DNA of 64,000 bases, from positions 29,884,001 to 29,948,000 of the forward strand of contig OX597821.1 of NCBI GenBank assembly GCA_951406725.2. The letters run 5' to 3'. The stretch comes from Octopus vulgaris (Eukaryota). Under the pieces are notes generated by a model. It was not told the origin of the DNA. It saw only the letters and a list, made by a program, of their open reading frames with translations, and did not search any database. The stretch's first letter is position 1; each line of letters starts with the position of its first letter. A program made the translations under genes and the position numbers. Positions 12,030 to 25,522 of the stretch are shown in pieces.

Positions 12030-12766
12030 AGAGAGAGAGAGAGAGACGGGAGTGGAGTTAAGGGGAGAAGAGGTGCGAATCAGAGAAAGTGAAGACAAAT
12101 TCGAATCATCCGGCATTTAATATAAAGACCACGTTTGATTGCTTGAGATGGCATTTGTCCATTAAAAAAAATATATATAAAGTAATAATAAAAATGTATA
12201 TAAAAAACAGAAGACATACAGAGTAGAGAGATAGAAAACATAACGCCAAGAAAACAAAGAACAGCAACCGAGAGGTGGCGGAGGGAAACGAGAGAAAAGT
12301 TGTACTTGAAGTAGCTTGAATTGTTTATGGTATTATGGCAGCAGTAGAATCAAGGTTGGTATTTACATAGAAAAGCAAGGTTTCCTCCTCTCAGCAGCCT
12401 CCGTTGACCTTTAACGTTTTTTGTGCGTATCGTGTATCCTGCTTCTACATCCTCTGACACGGCTCACCACGAAGTCAACAATATGGCGTCACTCTGCTTT
12501 TATCAGTTTTTCCTCTGTTCATCTTAATTTTTTACATACATACTTCTCTCTCTTTTATTCCAGCTTTTCTTTGGCCCCCTCAGTTTCCTTTCCTTTCTCT
12601 CTTTAATGCATTCAATCCATCATTTGAGATTTCCTTTTCTTTCTTCTATCATCTTCTTTATTTCATACGAAATATTTCTTTGTTTTGCTATATTTATTTT
12701 CAGTAAGACACATTTTTGAGTTTGATGTTATTGTGTCAGTTGAAAGTCCATCCATCCACACAAACC

Positions 12767-12769
12767 TAC

Positions 12770-12868
<99 letters not shown>

Positions 12869-12897
12869 CCTACCTACCTATCTATCTACCTACCTAC

Positions 12898-12985
<88 letters not shown>

Positions 12986-13045
12986 ACATACATACATATA
13001 TATACACATATATATATATATACGCACACTTATAACATATGCTTG

Positions 13046-13093
<48 letters not shown>

Positions 13094-14014
13094 CATGTAA
13101 CAATGTACATGTCTGTATGTATCTCCGTGTGTATACGTAAGTCTATACGTTCAAACAGCCTCCCAAGAGTCTGGCGCTGGTCTGCGTCGGCAAGAAAGCT
13201 CTCGGGTTTTACAGCTCCGGATCAGGTCCAGCCTGATTTTTTTCTAACATATTGGATGTAAATTTTTCCTGTGTCTGTAATCTCTCTCCTATCAACTTTT
13301 ACCCCGCAGAAAGACTATCCACAACGTTGTTTTTTCCCACTTTCCGTGGCTTCTTCACTCACTGTACATAATGCTATAAAGTGTTCCCCCAATGATTTGT
13401 TGTCGTTCAGCCAACATATTATACTCGAAACAACCAAAGTTGAATTCCAAACAAGTACAATGGTGAAACGTATGAAGGAAACAAATGATATAAACTCGTG
13501 TTCTTACAGTAACATACATACATACATACATATATATACATACATACATACATTCATACATACATATATTCATACATACATACATGCATGCATACATACA
13601 TACACACACATACATACATATATACATTCATACATACATACATACATACATATATATATATACATACATTCATACATACATATATATAAACATACATACA
13701 TGCATACATACATACATACATACATACATATAAATACTTACATACACACATGCATACATACATACATACATACATACATACACATACACATACATACATA
13801 CATACATACATACATACATGCATGCATGCATGCATACATACATACATACATACACACACACATACATACATACATTCATACATACATACATATATATATA
13901 TATACATACATTCATACATACATACATACATACACATAAATACTTACATACACACAAGCATACGTACATACATACATACACACACATACATACATACATA
14001 CATTCATACATACA

Positions 14015-14046
<32 letters not shown>

Positions 14047-14130
14047 AGTACTTACATACACACATGCATACATACATACATACATACATACATACATACA
14101 TACATACATACATACATACATACATACATT
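12767..14130. repeat. Compound microsatellites (ATCT)n, (TA)n and (ATAC)n with a short unique spacer
   Basis: Visible directly; source of the SIYL and HTYI pseudo-ORFs. Confidence 0.95.
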
Positions 14131-14734
14131 ATCACACTTCCTAAATAATAATCTTGAGAAATTAGGCTTCTTAAAACCAGAAAGGAGAAAGCTGATTTGA
14201 AGACTACACATTTAAGACATCATTGAAACTGTAAAAATCTGTAAAACTTACCAGAAGTTTATAATTTAAGTATATATGAGCATGTCTTGACATGCAACTA
14301 TATGCCTGAGAATACAAATATAAAACAAAACATGCAAATCAGCATGCATGCATACATACATACATACATACATACATACATACCCTGTTGATGTTACTGA
14401 AATTCCAATGAAGGAGCCTTGGATTTAGGTTAGAAAATGATTCTTTCTCTGTTGGCAAGAAACCTTGAAACAGAACTGAATAATGACATGAATACATACG
14501 TGCATGCATACATACATATTAATCTCTGTTATGTTATAATAAAAACAATATTACATTAAACTGAAGAATTACTGAAGACTTTTGATAGGTTACAAATGCG
14601 TTATTCTTTGACAAGAATAGTATTGACGGCGACTTTGGAGCTTCAGGCAGCTAAACCATTATCAGACTATATGTATGTGTGTGTGTGTGTTTGCCTTTTT
14701 TTAACTTATTAGAATTATTTCTATAAGGAAGGAT

Positions 14735-15042
14735 TTTTTTCACCCGTTTCAAGCCTAGCCAGGCTCATGGGCCCAGTTTCCCGGTTTCAATGGTGTATGT
14801 GTTCCCCCCTGCTGGATGGGACGCCAGTCCATCGCAGCGTTACTCAAGAAACAGGAAGAAAGAGTGAGAGAAAGTTGTGGCGAAAGAGTACAACAGGGGT
14901 CACCACAACCCCCTGCCGGAGCCTCGTGGAGCTTTAGGTGTTTTCGCTCAGTAAACACACACAACGCCCGGTCTGGGAATCAAAACCGCGATCCTCCGAC
15001 CGCAAGTCCGCTGCCCTAACCACTGGGCCATTGCGCCTCCAC
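14735..15042 (-). mobile_element. SINE family B, type-1 head with a V-domain-like tail
   Basis: tRNA(Arg) head as at 1388; tail GATGGACTGGCGTCCCATCCAG; 12-bp TSD ATAAGGAAGGAT at 14723-14734 and 15043-15054. Confidence 0.9.
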
Positions 15043-15479
15043 ATAAGGAAGGATACTGATGTTAAATAGAGAAATAGGAGTTCCTTTACTGGAATTCGGA
15101 AAAGATCAGTAATTTTTACATTATTGAAAGCTTACAATGCCTTGCATATTTTTATTGAGGGAGATCTTCAGATCGCAGCCTTTTCAGATTGTTGCTCAAA
15201 CATCTACTAATATAGCCAAGTGCATCAGTGATTATTGGTATAAATGTAATTTTGAAATTAGGGTACTGGGATTTAAATTTTGAAGCATTCGTCCATAGAT
15301 ATTCTCCTTTCTGCTATTTTGGAAGAAATATCCACCTCTACAGGGTAACTAATCTCTACGACCAAACATTGTTCTTTTCCGTCACCAAATTATCAATAAA
15401 TATCCGGACTGTTGCTATGATAACGAAGTTAAAGAACACAGAGTAAAGCTGCTTGGTACAGATTGACCTTGAACTCTGG

Positions 15480-15985
15480 TGTTTATGCGCACTAAGTTTT
15501 AACGTTTTAACTCAGTTTCGTTGTTTACAGCAGTGCTTGGAATAAAGGTGTGTAACGTGTGATCGTTGCATTGACCATGACAGAGAAAGTTGAGCAGAGA
15601 ATTTGCCTCACATTTTGCCAAAAGCCTGGCGGTACTTGCTCAGTGGTCTACGCAAAGTTTCCAAAGAATTTTCATCGTTCTCGACACAATCAAAGAGATC
15701 GTGTGCAACTGAAACCCGCATGTCATTTTGGTCATCTCAAAGCAGTTTGGGCACAAATTTTGCAGACGCGTGTCTCATACCCAAATCTTCAGTGATAATG
15801 GACTGAACTGAACCGTAACCAATCTGAACATCCTCGGATAACTTACTGATCGTAATTCAACGCCTTCCCCTCACAGTTGCACGCACATCTGCGATGTTTT
15901 TCTCAATTCTGCTAGCTGCGGGTCTCCTAGAACGTTCGTCAATATCGACATATTTTCGGCCATCTTAGAAACGTCTGACCCACTA
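15480..15985. mobile_element. Mariner transposase N-terminal remnant with an internal inversion
   Basis: Plus strand MTEKVEQRICLTFCQK from about 15577; minus strand 15670-15985 reads WVRRF.DGRKYVDIDERSRRP...ITEDLGMRHASAKFVPKLL. Confidence 0.8.
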
Positions 15986-16029
15986 TTTATCACAGGTCAC
16001 TCTTTCTTGCGGAATGCATTGTATATTGG

Positions 16030-17350
16030 TTGTAGCAACAGCATCTCGTTGCTATGGTAAGTGGTAACTCCATGACAGTTTTAGCCAGCTGCTGATGATG
16101 TGTGTCATGCTCTCCACAGAAGGGTGACATAATCAGTTTATGGAGTTGCGTCTTGTGAGTGGAAATGCTTTACTCCCCTGCTTGTTCATTAGATGATTCT
16201 TAGCTAACTCCGCTTCTTCGATTGTAAAAGCATAACCTTCGAATTGTCACAGGATGTAAATGGTCACGAGTCCAGGAGAGAAACTACACTTCATGTTAAT
16301 AATATCACTTTTTAAAGTTTGAGAGACATAGTCCTGCATAACCTTTTTGTTGTATGCAGGGTGTTTCTCTTCCAGGGCTATGTTAAGATTTGCTAAACTT
16401 GCAATTCCGGGTTCGTATGGGAGACCAGTAAATGAATATTTGTCGAGGAGTTTGTTGTCTACTAGCAGGATGTTATTCACTTCATTTAGGTACATTTAGG
16501 TGGTCTATTTATTGTTTAGCATATTGTTAGAATGTGTTGTCTGAGCGGTAACATAAGGTACTGGAAGGTTTTCTCTACTGATCTTAAGATTTGCTTGTTC
16601 TGTGGCAAGCTCGTTAGGTATGTGAATATGTACATAATCTTTTGAAATACTTAAGTGGCTTTCTATAAAAAGTCAACGTCCTGTACCAGCAGCCAATTAT
16701 GCGATCTCTTCGTAGTGCCTTTTCATTTTGTAGCTTTTCCACAGTTGGACGAAAGTTTCAGTGTTGATCCTTTAGGTAAAAAAAAACTCACTCTATCAAC
16801 TATTGATGTTGGTACAGTATTCTCTATTTATTGTATCTCGCCACGTGGTCTTCTGAATAAAGCTTTACACTAGTATCTTCCTTTTTTCACCGCCATATTT
16901 TCCCAGTTCATCCGATATTAAACTTGTGGCCTAAAGCAAGCTTGTGGTTCAAAATGGATTGTTGTAATTCCTTTTTTGGTAGTGGATAATTTTACTCTTG
17001 AGTTTACATTTTCGAGTGAATTCCCTCAAAATCTAATATACACTCACTGTATATTTTATTTTTTTAGATTTTCTTGGGGTAGCTGTTGTTGGTGGGCAGA
17101 GAACTTATTCCTCTTAAATTTTAATTGCCCTGTTTTGTGGATTAGGTTCTTTATACTTACTTCTAAAGTCAAGGCCTACGAGTGGAATTGCTAGAGTGTG
17201 TGTCGTGTAATGCAGTTCTTGAGTTTGCCTCCTCCACTGGGCTTCTACAAGTCTATACTGGTATATACCACAGACCTAAAAGTACTGTTCTAATAAAGGC
17301 ATCAAACGGGTAGGAACGTCCCCCACGCCTAGATTCACTACTGTTAGCTT
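16030..17350 (-). mobile_element. Decayed coding-like segment, possibly the 5' UTR and ORF1 of a non-LTR retrotransposon
   Basis: Non-repetitive, A-rich minus strand with protein-like frame fragments (ORF 16247-16495) broken by stops; no diagnostic motif recognised. Confidence 0.3.
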
Positions 17351-17669
17351 CCTGAGTTACTTATAGAATGTTGTTTCATTGTTGTATAATTTGTAAATAT
17401 CTCCCTCGGATCTTTCAGAACAAAAGTCAAATACAGACAGGTATTAATATCCGAATACATATCTTTTCATTTTTTATACAGTCTCCACCGATATCATCAA
17501 TAACTTTTATCAAAAGAGCGACTGATTTTCCCCGCCCACTCTCTTCAGATATAAGTAGTGAAGAAGTAGTAATAATTACTGTCAAACTGTGGTTGTAATA
17601 CGTTTTTTGCACCGTTGCGTATATTCTACAATCGTCACTATTAGTAGAAATACTAATAAGACAGAATTG

Positions 17670-17701
<32 letters not shown>

Positions 17702-18232
17702 TGTATGTATGTATGTATGTATGTATGTATGTATGTATGTATGCATGTGTGTGTGTATGTATGTATGTGTGTATGTGTGTATATGTATGTATGTATATAT
17801 GTATGTATGTGTGTATGTATGTATGTGTGTATGTATGTATGTATGTATGTGTGTATGTATGCATGTGTGTATGTATGTATGTACGTGCATGTATGTATGT
17901 GTGTATGTATGTATGTATGTGTGTATGTGCGTATGTATGTATGTGTGTATGTGCGTATGTATGTATGTCTGTGTGTATGTATGTATGTATGTGTGTATGT
18001 ATGTTTGTATGTATGTATATGTGTGTGTGTATGTATGTATGTAGTATGTGTGTATGTGTATATGTATGTATATATGTGTGTGTGTATGTATGTGTGTATG
18101 TGTGTATATGTATGTATGTATATATGTATGTATGTGTGTATGTATGTATGCATGTGTGTATGTCCGTATGTATGTATGCATGTATGTGTGTATGCGTGTA
18201 TGTGTGTATGTATGTATATATGTACGTATGTA
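17670..18232. repeat. (ATGT)n/(GT)n microsatellite
   Basis: Visible directly. Confidence 0.95.
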
Positions 18233-18237
18233 AGACT

Positions 18238-18530
18238 GAGGGCGCATGGCTTAGTGATTAGAGAGTTGTTGCACTTACGGATCTCGAGATCGATGTTTCA
18301 ATTCCTAAACCGGGTGTTTTGCGTTCCTGAGTAAAACACTTCATCTCACATTGAACTGCGAGCACTTCTACACATGACGTATGATACACGGTGCACTTGT
18401 TCAGACTATGTCGATTTGATGGCGGGACTGAGTTAATGTAGGACACAAACGCTTCGTTACTATGATCAAATAATTAGTGGAAATTTTTCAGCAAGAATTT
18501 ACAGAACCATCTTTCGTGAACTGCGGGAGA
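18238..18530 (+). mobile_element. Old tRNA-derived CORE-type SINE
   Basis: GGCGCATGGCTTAGTGATTAG head, TTTCAATTCC B box, GTTCCTGAGTAAAACACTTCATCTCAC; similar old copies at 20340-20470, 41005-41165, 45657-45925 and 47015-47130. Confidence 0.6.
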
Positions 18531-18696
18531 CTGTCCCCACCACCTTATCACCACCACCAACAACAACAAAACACCACCACCACAACCACCATCATCATCA
18601 TGTATGTACGTGTGTACTTATAAAGGCGGTATGAATGTACATAGATGCGGCCAGCTGGCGGAATATACATAATATGTATACAGAATATACATAAGG

Positions 18697-19304
18697 AGGT
18701 CAGCTGGCAGACTCGTTAGCAGGCTGGACGAAATGCTTGGCGGTATTTTGTCGGCTGCTACGTTCTGAGTTCAAATTCCGCCGAGGTCGACTTTGCTTTT
18801 CATCCTTTCGAGGTCGATTAAATAATTACCAGTTACGCACTGGGGTCGATATAATCGACTTAATCCGTTTGTCTGTCCTTGTTTGTCCTCTTTGTGTTTA
18901 GTCCCTTGTGGGTAGTAAAGTTTAGTACGCCGGGCGAAATGCGTAGCCGTATTTCGTCTGCCGTTACGTTCTGAGCTCAAATTCCGCCAAAGTCGACTTT
19001 GCCTTTCATCCTTTCGGGGTCGATAAATTAAGTACCAGTTACGCACTGGGGTCGATGTAATCCACTTAATTCGTTTGTATGTCCTTGTTTGTCTTCTCTG
19101 TGATTAGCTCCATGTGGGTAGTAAAGAAATAGGTATTTAGTCGGCCGCTACATTCTGAGTCCAAATTCCGCAGACGTTGACTTTGCCTTTAATCCTTTCG
19201 AGGTCGATTAAATAAGTACCAGTTATGCACTGGAGTCGATATAAACGACTTAATCCGCTTGTCTGTCCTCTCTGTCTTTAGCCCCTTGTGAGTAGTAAAG
19301 AAAC
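18697..19304 (+). mobile_element. Head-to-tail trimer of SINE family C
   Basis: Units at about 18697-18920, 18921-19130 and 19131-19304, each with GAGTTCAAATTCCGC...GCCTTT(C/A)ATCCTTTCG...GTAGTAAAG; the second and third units are 5'-shortened. Confidence 0.9.
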
Positions 19305-20684
19305 AGTTATGAATATACATAGATGCGTGTATATGTGTTCGCGCTTGCATATAAGTGTGTCTCTGTCTGAGAATGTGTATGCAGATTTCTATGTTAAAAC
19401 GCAGAGAATACATGAATATTTCATTGGCAAGCTGTGACGTAATAAAGCTTAATATGAGATTGCGCGTTTATGGTAAGGCGGAGGAGGATAAATCTATAAC
19501 CGAACTGAATGACACATTCCTTCACATAAATTGATATGACGAGCTGACATAGTGTTGTAACATAGTGTCACCTAGTAATGATTGTACGCATGTGTGTGAG
19601 CACGCGCGCGTACGTGCCGGTAATATGCCGTAATAAAGCGTGATCGTAACAGAGCGTGACATAAAACCTGACATGGTTGATCGCAATAAACCCTTGTTGA
19701 CATTTATTACCACTGGAGCTTGTTTTAATAGAGATTGTGTGAAGGACAAAAAGAAGGAAAGTACAGGGTGACAACTGGAAATGCAATATAGAATATAAAT
19801 AGAAAAAATAATATTCCTTTTTTCTTTTTCAGTTCTGTATATCTTCAAGTACTGTGTAAAGAATTGTACCGTCTTTAATTTGCTTCTCTTCGTCGTTTTA
19901 CCTTTGCTTTCTTTCATTGTTATTTATATATATATATATTTACTTTTGTTTTTCGTGTGTATGGAAATTCATTAGTCATTAGTGGTTTCTTTGAAGTAAG
20001 CAATCAGATAGAAACTGTTCATACCATAATCTTGTTAGCATCGTATGCAACACAGAGTAGGAAAGAAAAAGGAGAAAAGAAAGAGAAAAACAAAGCCAAA
20101 AAAAAATAAAATAAAATAAAACCAGCAACAACAACGACAACAAATGAAATAAAAATAAAACTAGAAAAAATTTAAAATATCCGGAGAAAACAATTACAAA
20201 CTGCAGAAAACAAAAAAAAATCGATCAATTATTACAGTGTCATCTTCATTACCACAGTTGGTGCAGTCATTGAGTCCAGGTCTTTGTTTCAGAATATCTT
20301 TATCCTGCTGCAGTGAAAAAAAAAAGAAAATCTAGCAAAGTGGTTGGGGGCATTCGACTAATGATCCTAAGGTTATAAGTTCCATTCCCGGCTCGGTCGA
20401 TACCCCGTATAATAGCAGAAGGCCTTTCATTTCCTGCTGATCCGGTTTACTAAGCTGTAGGTGTGTACCAGCAAGCCTCTCTCACTACTACTGTGACACC
20501 CTGTATCTTTTTGCTGGATAAAGAGCGAGGGCCAAGTTTATTTCTGCAACCCGACACCTAAAAAAATTAGCGAAAGTGAGGTATATTTCACCTGGCCATA
20601 TTCACTCACAAGTGACGGCTGGCAGTTTACTTGCTTTGTACTTATATTTCACCCTATCTGTCCTGCTCAAGCATTGTGAACCTT

Positions 20685-20900
20685 CTGTAAGAACCCTCTT
20701 TTCTGCTAGAAACAGTGACCAGATTTTCGCTAAATCACACACCGCTTTAGAAAAATGGCAATGTTTATTTAAGCATTTCTAGAATCCCTGAACAGAAGGA
20801 AGAAATGGGATAGTCACGGCTGGAATGCTGTTGATAAGAGATCAACTGAAACAGTGTTCAGTTACGGCAAAATAACCACCAACACCACCAACACCAACAA
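20685..20900 (+). repeat. Old unclassified dispersed repeat (CTAGAAAYAGCAGYCAAA family)
   Basis: AAATGGGATAGTCACGGCTGGAAT matches the reverse of 35685-35707; related fragments near 35640-35950, 52780-52910, 56595-56640 and 58040-58190. Confidence 0.45.
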
Positions 20901-21314
20901 CAGCAAGAACAACAACAACAACAAGCAATTCTAGATGGCTTCAAAATTTAATGTGTACCGTCATTTTTCATCTGACAAAACCCGTAAAAACTCTGAAATG
21001 CGAATGTTGATATTGCGATTATTATCGTTGTTTTTGTGGTTGTTGTTCCTGCTTTCATCATTCTTCATACCACTAAAGTTGATATGGATTTGATCGAATT
21101 TCTAGTGATCCAACCGATTGCAGCAGCATTTTCTGAAAAATACACTACTGGACTAAAGGTTATTTTAGTCCAAAGAACTGTTACTGAATGTCTCCCTTTG
21201 AGAGATTTAGAAATAATAACACTACTAGTGTATTTACGACCTATTCTTTTAAAACGTTAGTGCTCACTTAGAAAATGATAAATAGATACAAACACAAGCA
21301 CACACACAGACATA

Positions 21315-21686
21315 TCTATTATATAAAATCCGTTCTATCTGTGTGTCTTCTAGGATCTTGGGCATCCTCCATCCGATTGCGCTCAAATTTGATATGTAGA
21401 TACCGACGGTATCAGGGCGTTATGAGTCTTGAAAAAATTACAAAAATCGATTCCAGGTGAGAATGTGATCGATAAAGCCGTGGGAACGTGCATTTGTAAA
21501 ATCGTTTTCCTTGGAAAAGAAAAACAGTCTATCTTTATTTCTTCTTTTACTGATGTCTCAAATTTAGGTTAAATCAGTGTTTCTCAAAGAGGAGGCCTAT
21601 GGGACGGTCGGACAAGTTGTTTTGAGAAAATTTGGTTTAAATGTTTGATAACTCAGCACCATCCATTGGACGGGGGCATTTTGCTC

Positions 21687-21687
<1 letters not shown>
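21315..21687 (+). mobile_element. Non-autonomous Helitron
   Basis: A|TCTATTATATAAAA 5' end, typical CCGATT...AAATTTG segment, GC-rich subterminal stretch and CTCG|T 3' end; no TSD. Confidence 0.6.
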
Positions 21688-21740
<53 letters not shown>

Positions 21741-22633
21741 AGAGAGTGAAATAAAGATTGATAAAAAAAAAGTACCAGACTTAATATATAATAGGAACGA
21801 TCTGATCAATGAAGTCCTTCGAGGAAGGACCCTAGTACAATTGTTGTCACATGACTGAAATGATTAAAATAATGACTACTTTACCCATTACTTACTTTAA
21901 ACCCAACAAAAGATTTGAACTTAACACGCCAAACTAACGAAACGCCGATTAAGAATACGCTGTACCCACTGACACGCTACCTATAGAAATCATATGTAAT
22001 TAGTTTTACTGTTTATACGCTGAGAAACTTGAGAATAGAATGATAAAGTAATAGAATGATAAAGTGCGGCAGCAGTATTAATGCTGATGAAAAAACAAAA
22101 GTAGTTTAATGCGTCTTTTCAGAGGGGGTATCGAGTCTATGCTATTCTCAGGACCCTCACTATATATGTGAGAATAATGCAACTGAAGCACAAGAACATA
22201 AATTAGACAAAATACTCAGAAAGAGATACTAATAAATATCAGCTGTCTACGCAAGATGTGCCAAACATCAAAATTCAGCCATATTTGCATTTTATGTGAC
22301 AGAAACTAAACATGATAAAAAAAACCCCAATATTATTAATAATAAAAATCATTCCTTAAAACATTTCACTTGACTATAATTTAAACCTGTGGGTTTTGAC
22401 CATATGGTAGCTCAGTACTTACTTTAACGTCAACTTCGATGTTTCGTAATAAATAAATATAAATAATAAATATAAATGCAGTTGGCGTTTGCACTAACCG
22501 CTGCTGAAACGATTTTCGTCTCCACCCGGAATATATTGTGGTTTTTAAAAACAAGTCCATAAAAAAGGTTATCTTTGAACGAATGCCTCAGTGAATTGCC
22601 TTTCAGTGATGTATTTTATTTAAGTACGATACT

Positions 22634-22854
22634 TACAAGAAGGTACACAAAAGTCCCAAGCTTTTGGTATAAGAAAATGCAGGAGAATCAGTTAATTATG
22701 ATTTTATTCAACATATTCTCCTCTCAGATTCAAACACTTATTGCAACGGTGGTTCAGCTTATCTGAGTCCTGTAAAAGAGCTCGGGAGGTTGGGTCTACA
22801 ACAAGGCCTTTCAGGATACCATTAAAGCCAGGAAATTTTCAGCTCCCCTTCGTA
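22634..22854 (-). mobile_element. Mariner-derived MITE
   Basis: Imperfect TIRs TACAAGAAGGTACACAAAAGTCCCAAGCTT and AAGCCAGGAAATTTTCAGCTCCCCTTCGTA with TA ends; internal minus strand gives RCNKC...RGEYVE* (mariner C-terminus). Confidence 0.7.
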
Positions 22855-23447
22855 GATGGTTATTCAAATAGATACTGCTTCTATTGTATGTGGAATTTTA
22901 TACAATTATTTCTTGTTCAGCCAAAACATCTTAACAGTTAATATATGTTTGAAGTTCTATCTTTCTTCATTGTACACATACAGTCCAGTATATTGTTGGT
23001 GATCGTTATACTGAATTATTTCCTTATATATTTGGGATCCTTTTCCGTCGTGCTTTATATTGATAATATACATACACAGCTACCTTTCACTCCTTTCTAC
23101 TGTTCACACCGCTGTAGTAATCACAGTAAACAGTAAAATGAAATTGTTGGCACCATTAAAGACAGCTGTACCATCGTCAGGTGCCGAAATCACTGAGATG
23201 TCTAAATCGACAGCTGCTGAAAGTTTATTTTGTTACTGAATGGTGTTATATATATATACATACATACATACATACATATATATATAAAATATATATGTGC
23301 GTAAATATATGTGAATCTGTATATGCATTTAGGTGTTGGTGCAGACACACGTACACACAAAAATAAAATATACACACGTATGCACAAACACAGATATATA
23401 TTTATATGCATATGCACATACATATTTGCGGATGTGCACATTCGTTG

Positions 23448-23484
<37 letters not shown>

Positions 23485-23495
23485 GAATAATTGAA

Positions 23496-23526
<31 letters not shown>

Positions 23527-24194
23527 ATACAGAATGGCAGCAGCTATCTCATTAGAAAGAATCGACTTCACCAATCAATTTAAATTGCTACGCAATTTCA
23601 ATACTTGTCTAATTATATAACTTTCATTCTTTCATTTTATCTGTTACTTCTCGTTTTTATTTATTCATTTATTTATTTATATATTTTATGCTTTTTTTTT
23701 CTTTCGTTAAAATTTCTTTGTCTTTACATCATACTTTCTTAGATTTGTTTAGATCTTTTGTTTTTTTTTTTTTGTTATGTTTCTTTGGTTCTTTTTCGTT
23801 CGTACTTTCATTTCTTTCCGCATTTTCTTCTCCGCTGTTTTCCGTTTTTTTTTTCCCAGTTTTTTTTTTTTTTTTTTTTTTTGGCTTTCTATCTTTCGTT
23901 TTAATTATTCTTTCGTGATCTTTATCGCGTATTATCGTCTTGTAGAAATATCCAACGTAAAAGTTATCTGATGCTATTAACTTTCAAAATAGGAATGTTA
24001 TTTTGACGTATAAGCGACAAATGAGGAAAAAGTAATTTATTTTTAACTTTTTTTAATGATTATAACTTTTCTATATATTCTTTTTTATATATTTTCCTTG
24101 TATTTTTGTATTATCATTATCGCTATCATCATTATCGTTATCATTATCATCATCATTATTATCATTATTATTATTATTATTATTATTAATTTAC

Positions 24195-24269
<75 letters not shown>

Positions 24270-24434
24270 CATTAACATCGTTGTTGTTGTTGTTGTTATT
24301 ATCATCACCAAATCTTAAATATGTTCTTTCACATCCAAATACCGGTGAGTGTAAATGTAAATTCTTTTGTCTTGATCACACCATTCCGTTTCTGAAAATT
24401 AGTCAATCAACAATCTTTGAATTATAAAATATAA

Positions 24435-24501
<67 letters not shown>

Positions 24502-25522
24502 TAAATATATATACGTGTATGTATGCATGTATGTATAATCAATTAAAAGAAGATAAGACAAGCAAACATGTATAAAATAAAACTATGAGATGCAGAAAAA
24601 ACTTTATTGCAAGAGAGAGAAAAATCAAAGTATAGACACATATACATCTCTCGCTGTATCTCACTCCTTTGCTCTATATACACACGCACACGCACACACA
24701 TGCACACAAGCACACACAGACACACATAATCACATCACACATATACATATGTACATGCATATATTTATGCAAACATATAAACGTGCATTTTAATGCAGAT
24801 ATTCGCATATATATATATACACATGCATACATACGCATATATATACTCATGTGTATATACATACACTCATTGTATAGACAGCATAATCAGTGGCAGTAAT
24901 AGTCAAAGGTTTTAATTAGTGTTAATAACGAACCAGTTTGCGATTTTGTGTTGAATTTTCTTATCAGTAAGAATAATTTGTGCGCGAGAGAGTACGTAAG
25001 TGTGTATATGTGTGTGTGTGTACGCGTGTGTTTTGGTCTGTGTGTGCATATATTCCTTAGGTGTGTGTGTTTGCGCTTGTATGTGCATTTCTGTGTATAC
25101 CTGTGCTTGCTTGTATTAGCATGCATGCGTACGTACGTCTACATAACGTTGTATGTACATGTGTATCTTTGTATATGATATACCCACTAAACTTGTAAGT
25201 TTGTGAGTATGTGTGAGTCTGTCTCTATGTTTGGGTGTATGTCTCTGTGTGCCGCGACGTGTTATCACTGTTTTGACATGTGCAAAATAAAATGTAAGTC
25301 ACGCGTACACATTTATAAGGACGCATACAATCATTCGCGTAGATACAGTCATACGGTCATGCTCAGATGCACACACATTCATACATTCACAACCACTCAC
25401 ACGCATTCATATCGACAAACACACGCACACAACAGAAGTCCAAGTTTGACGAGGGTGTGCCAACGTTCGTTTGTGTGTGTTGATCAAGGGTCTGTTTGCG
25501 TGTACGTGTGCTTGTTTGAATA

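Noticed and set aside
17500-17560. Minus-strand CTGAAGA...GAAA motif; also a half motif at 47635-47670
   Set aside because: No helix II closure before GAAA in the first and no GAAA in the second; at most decayed remnants.
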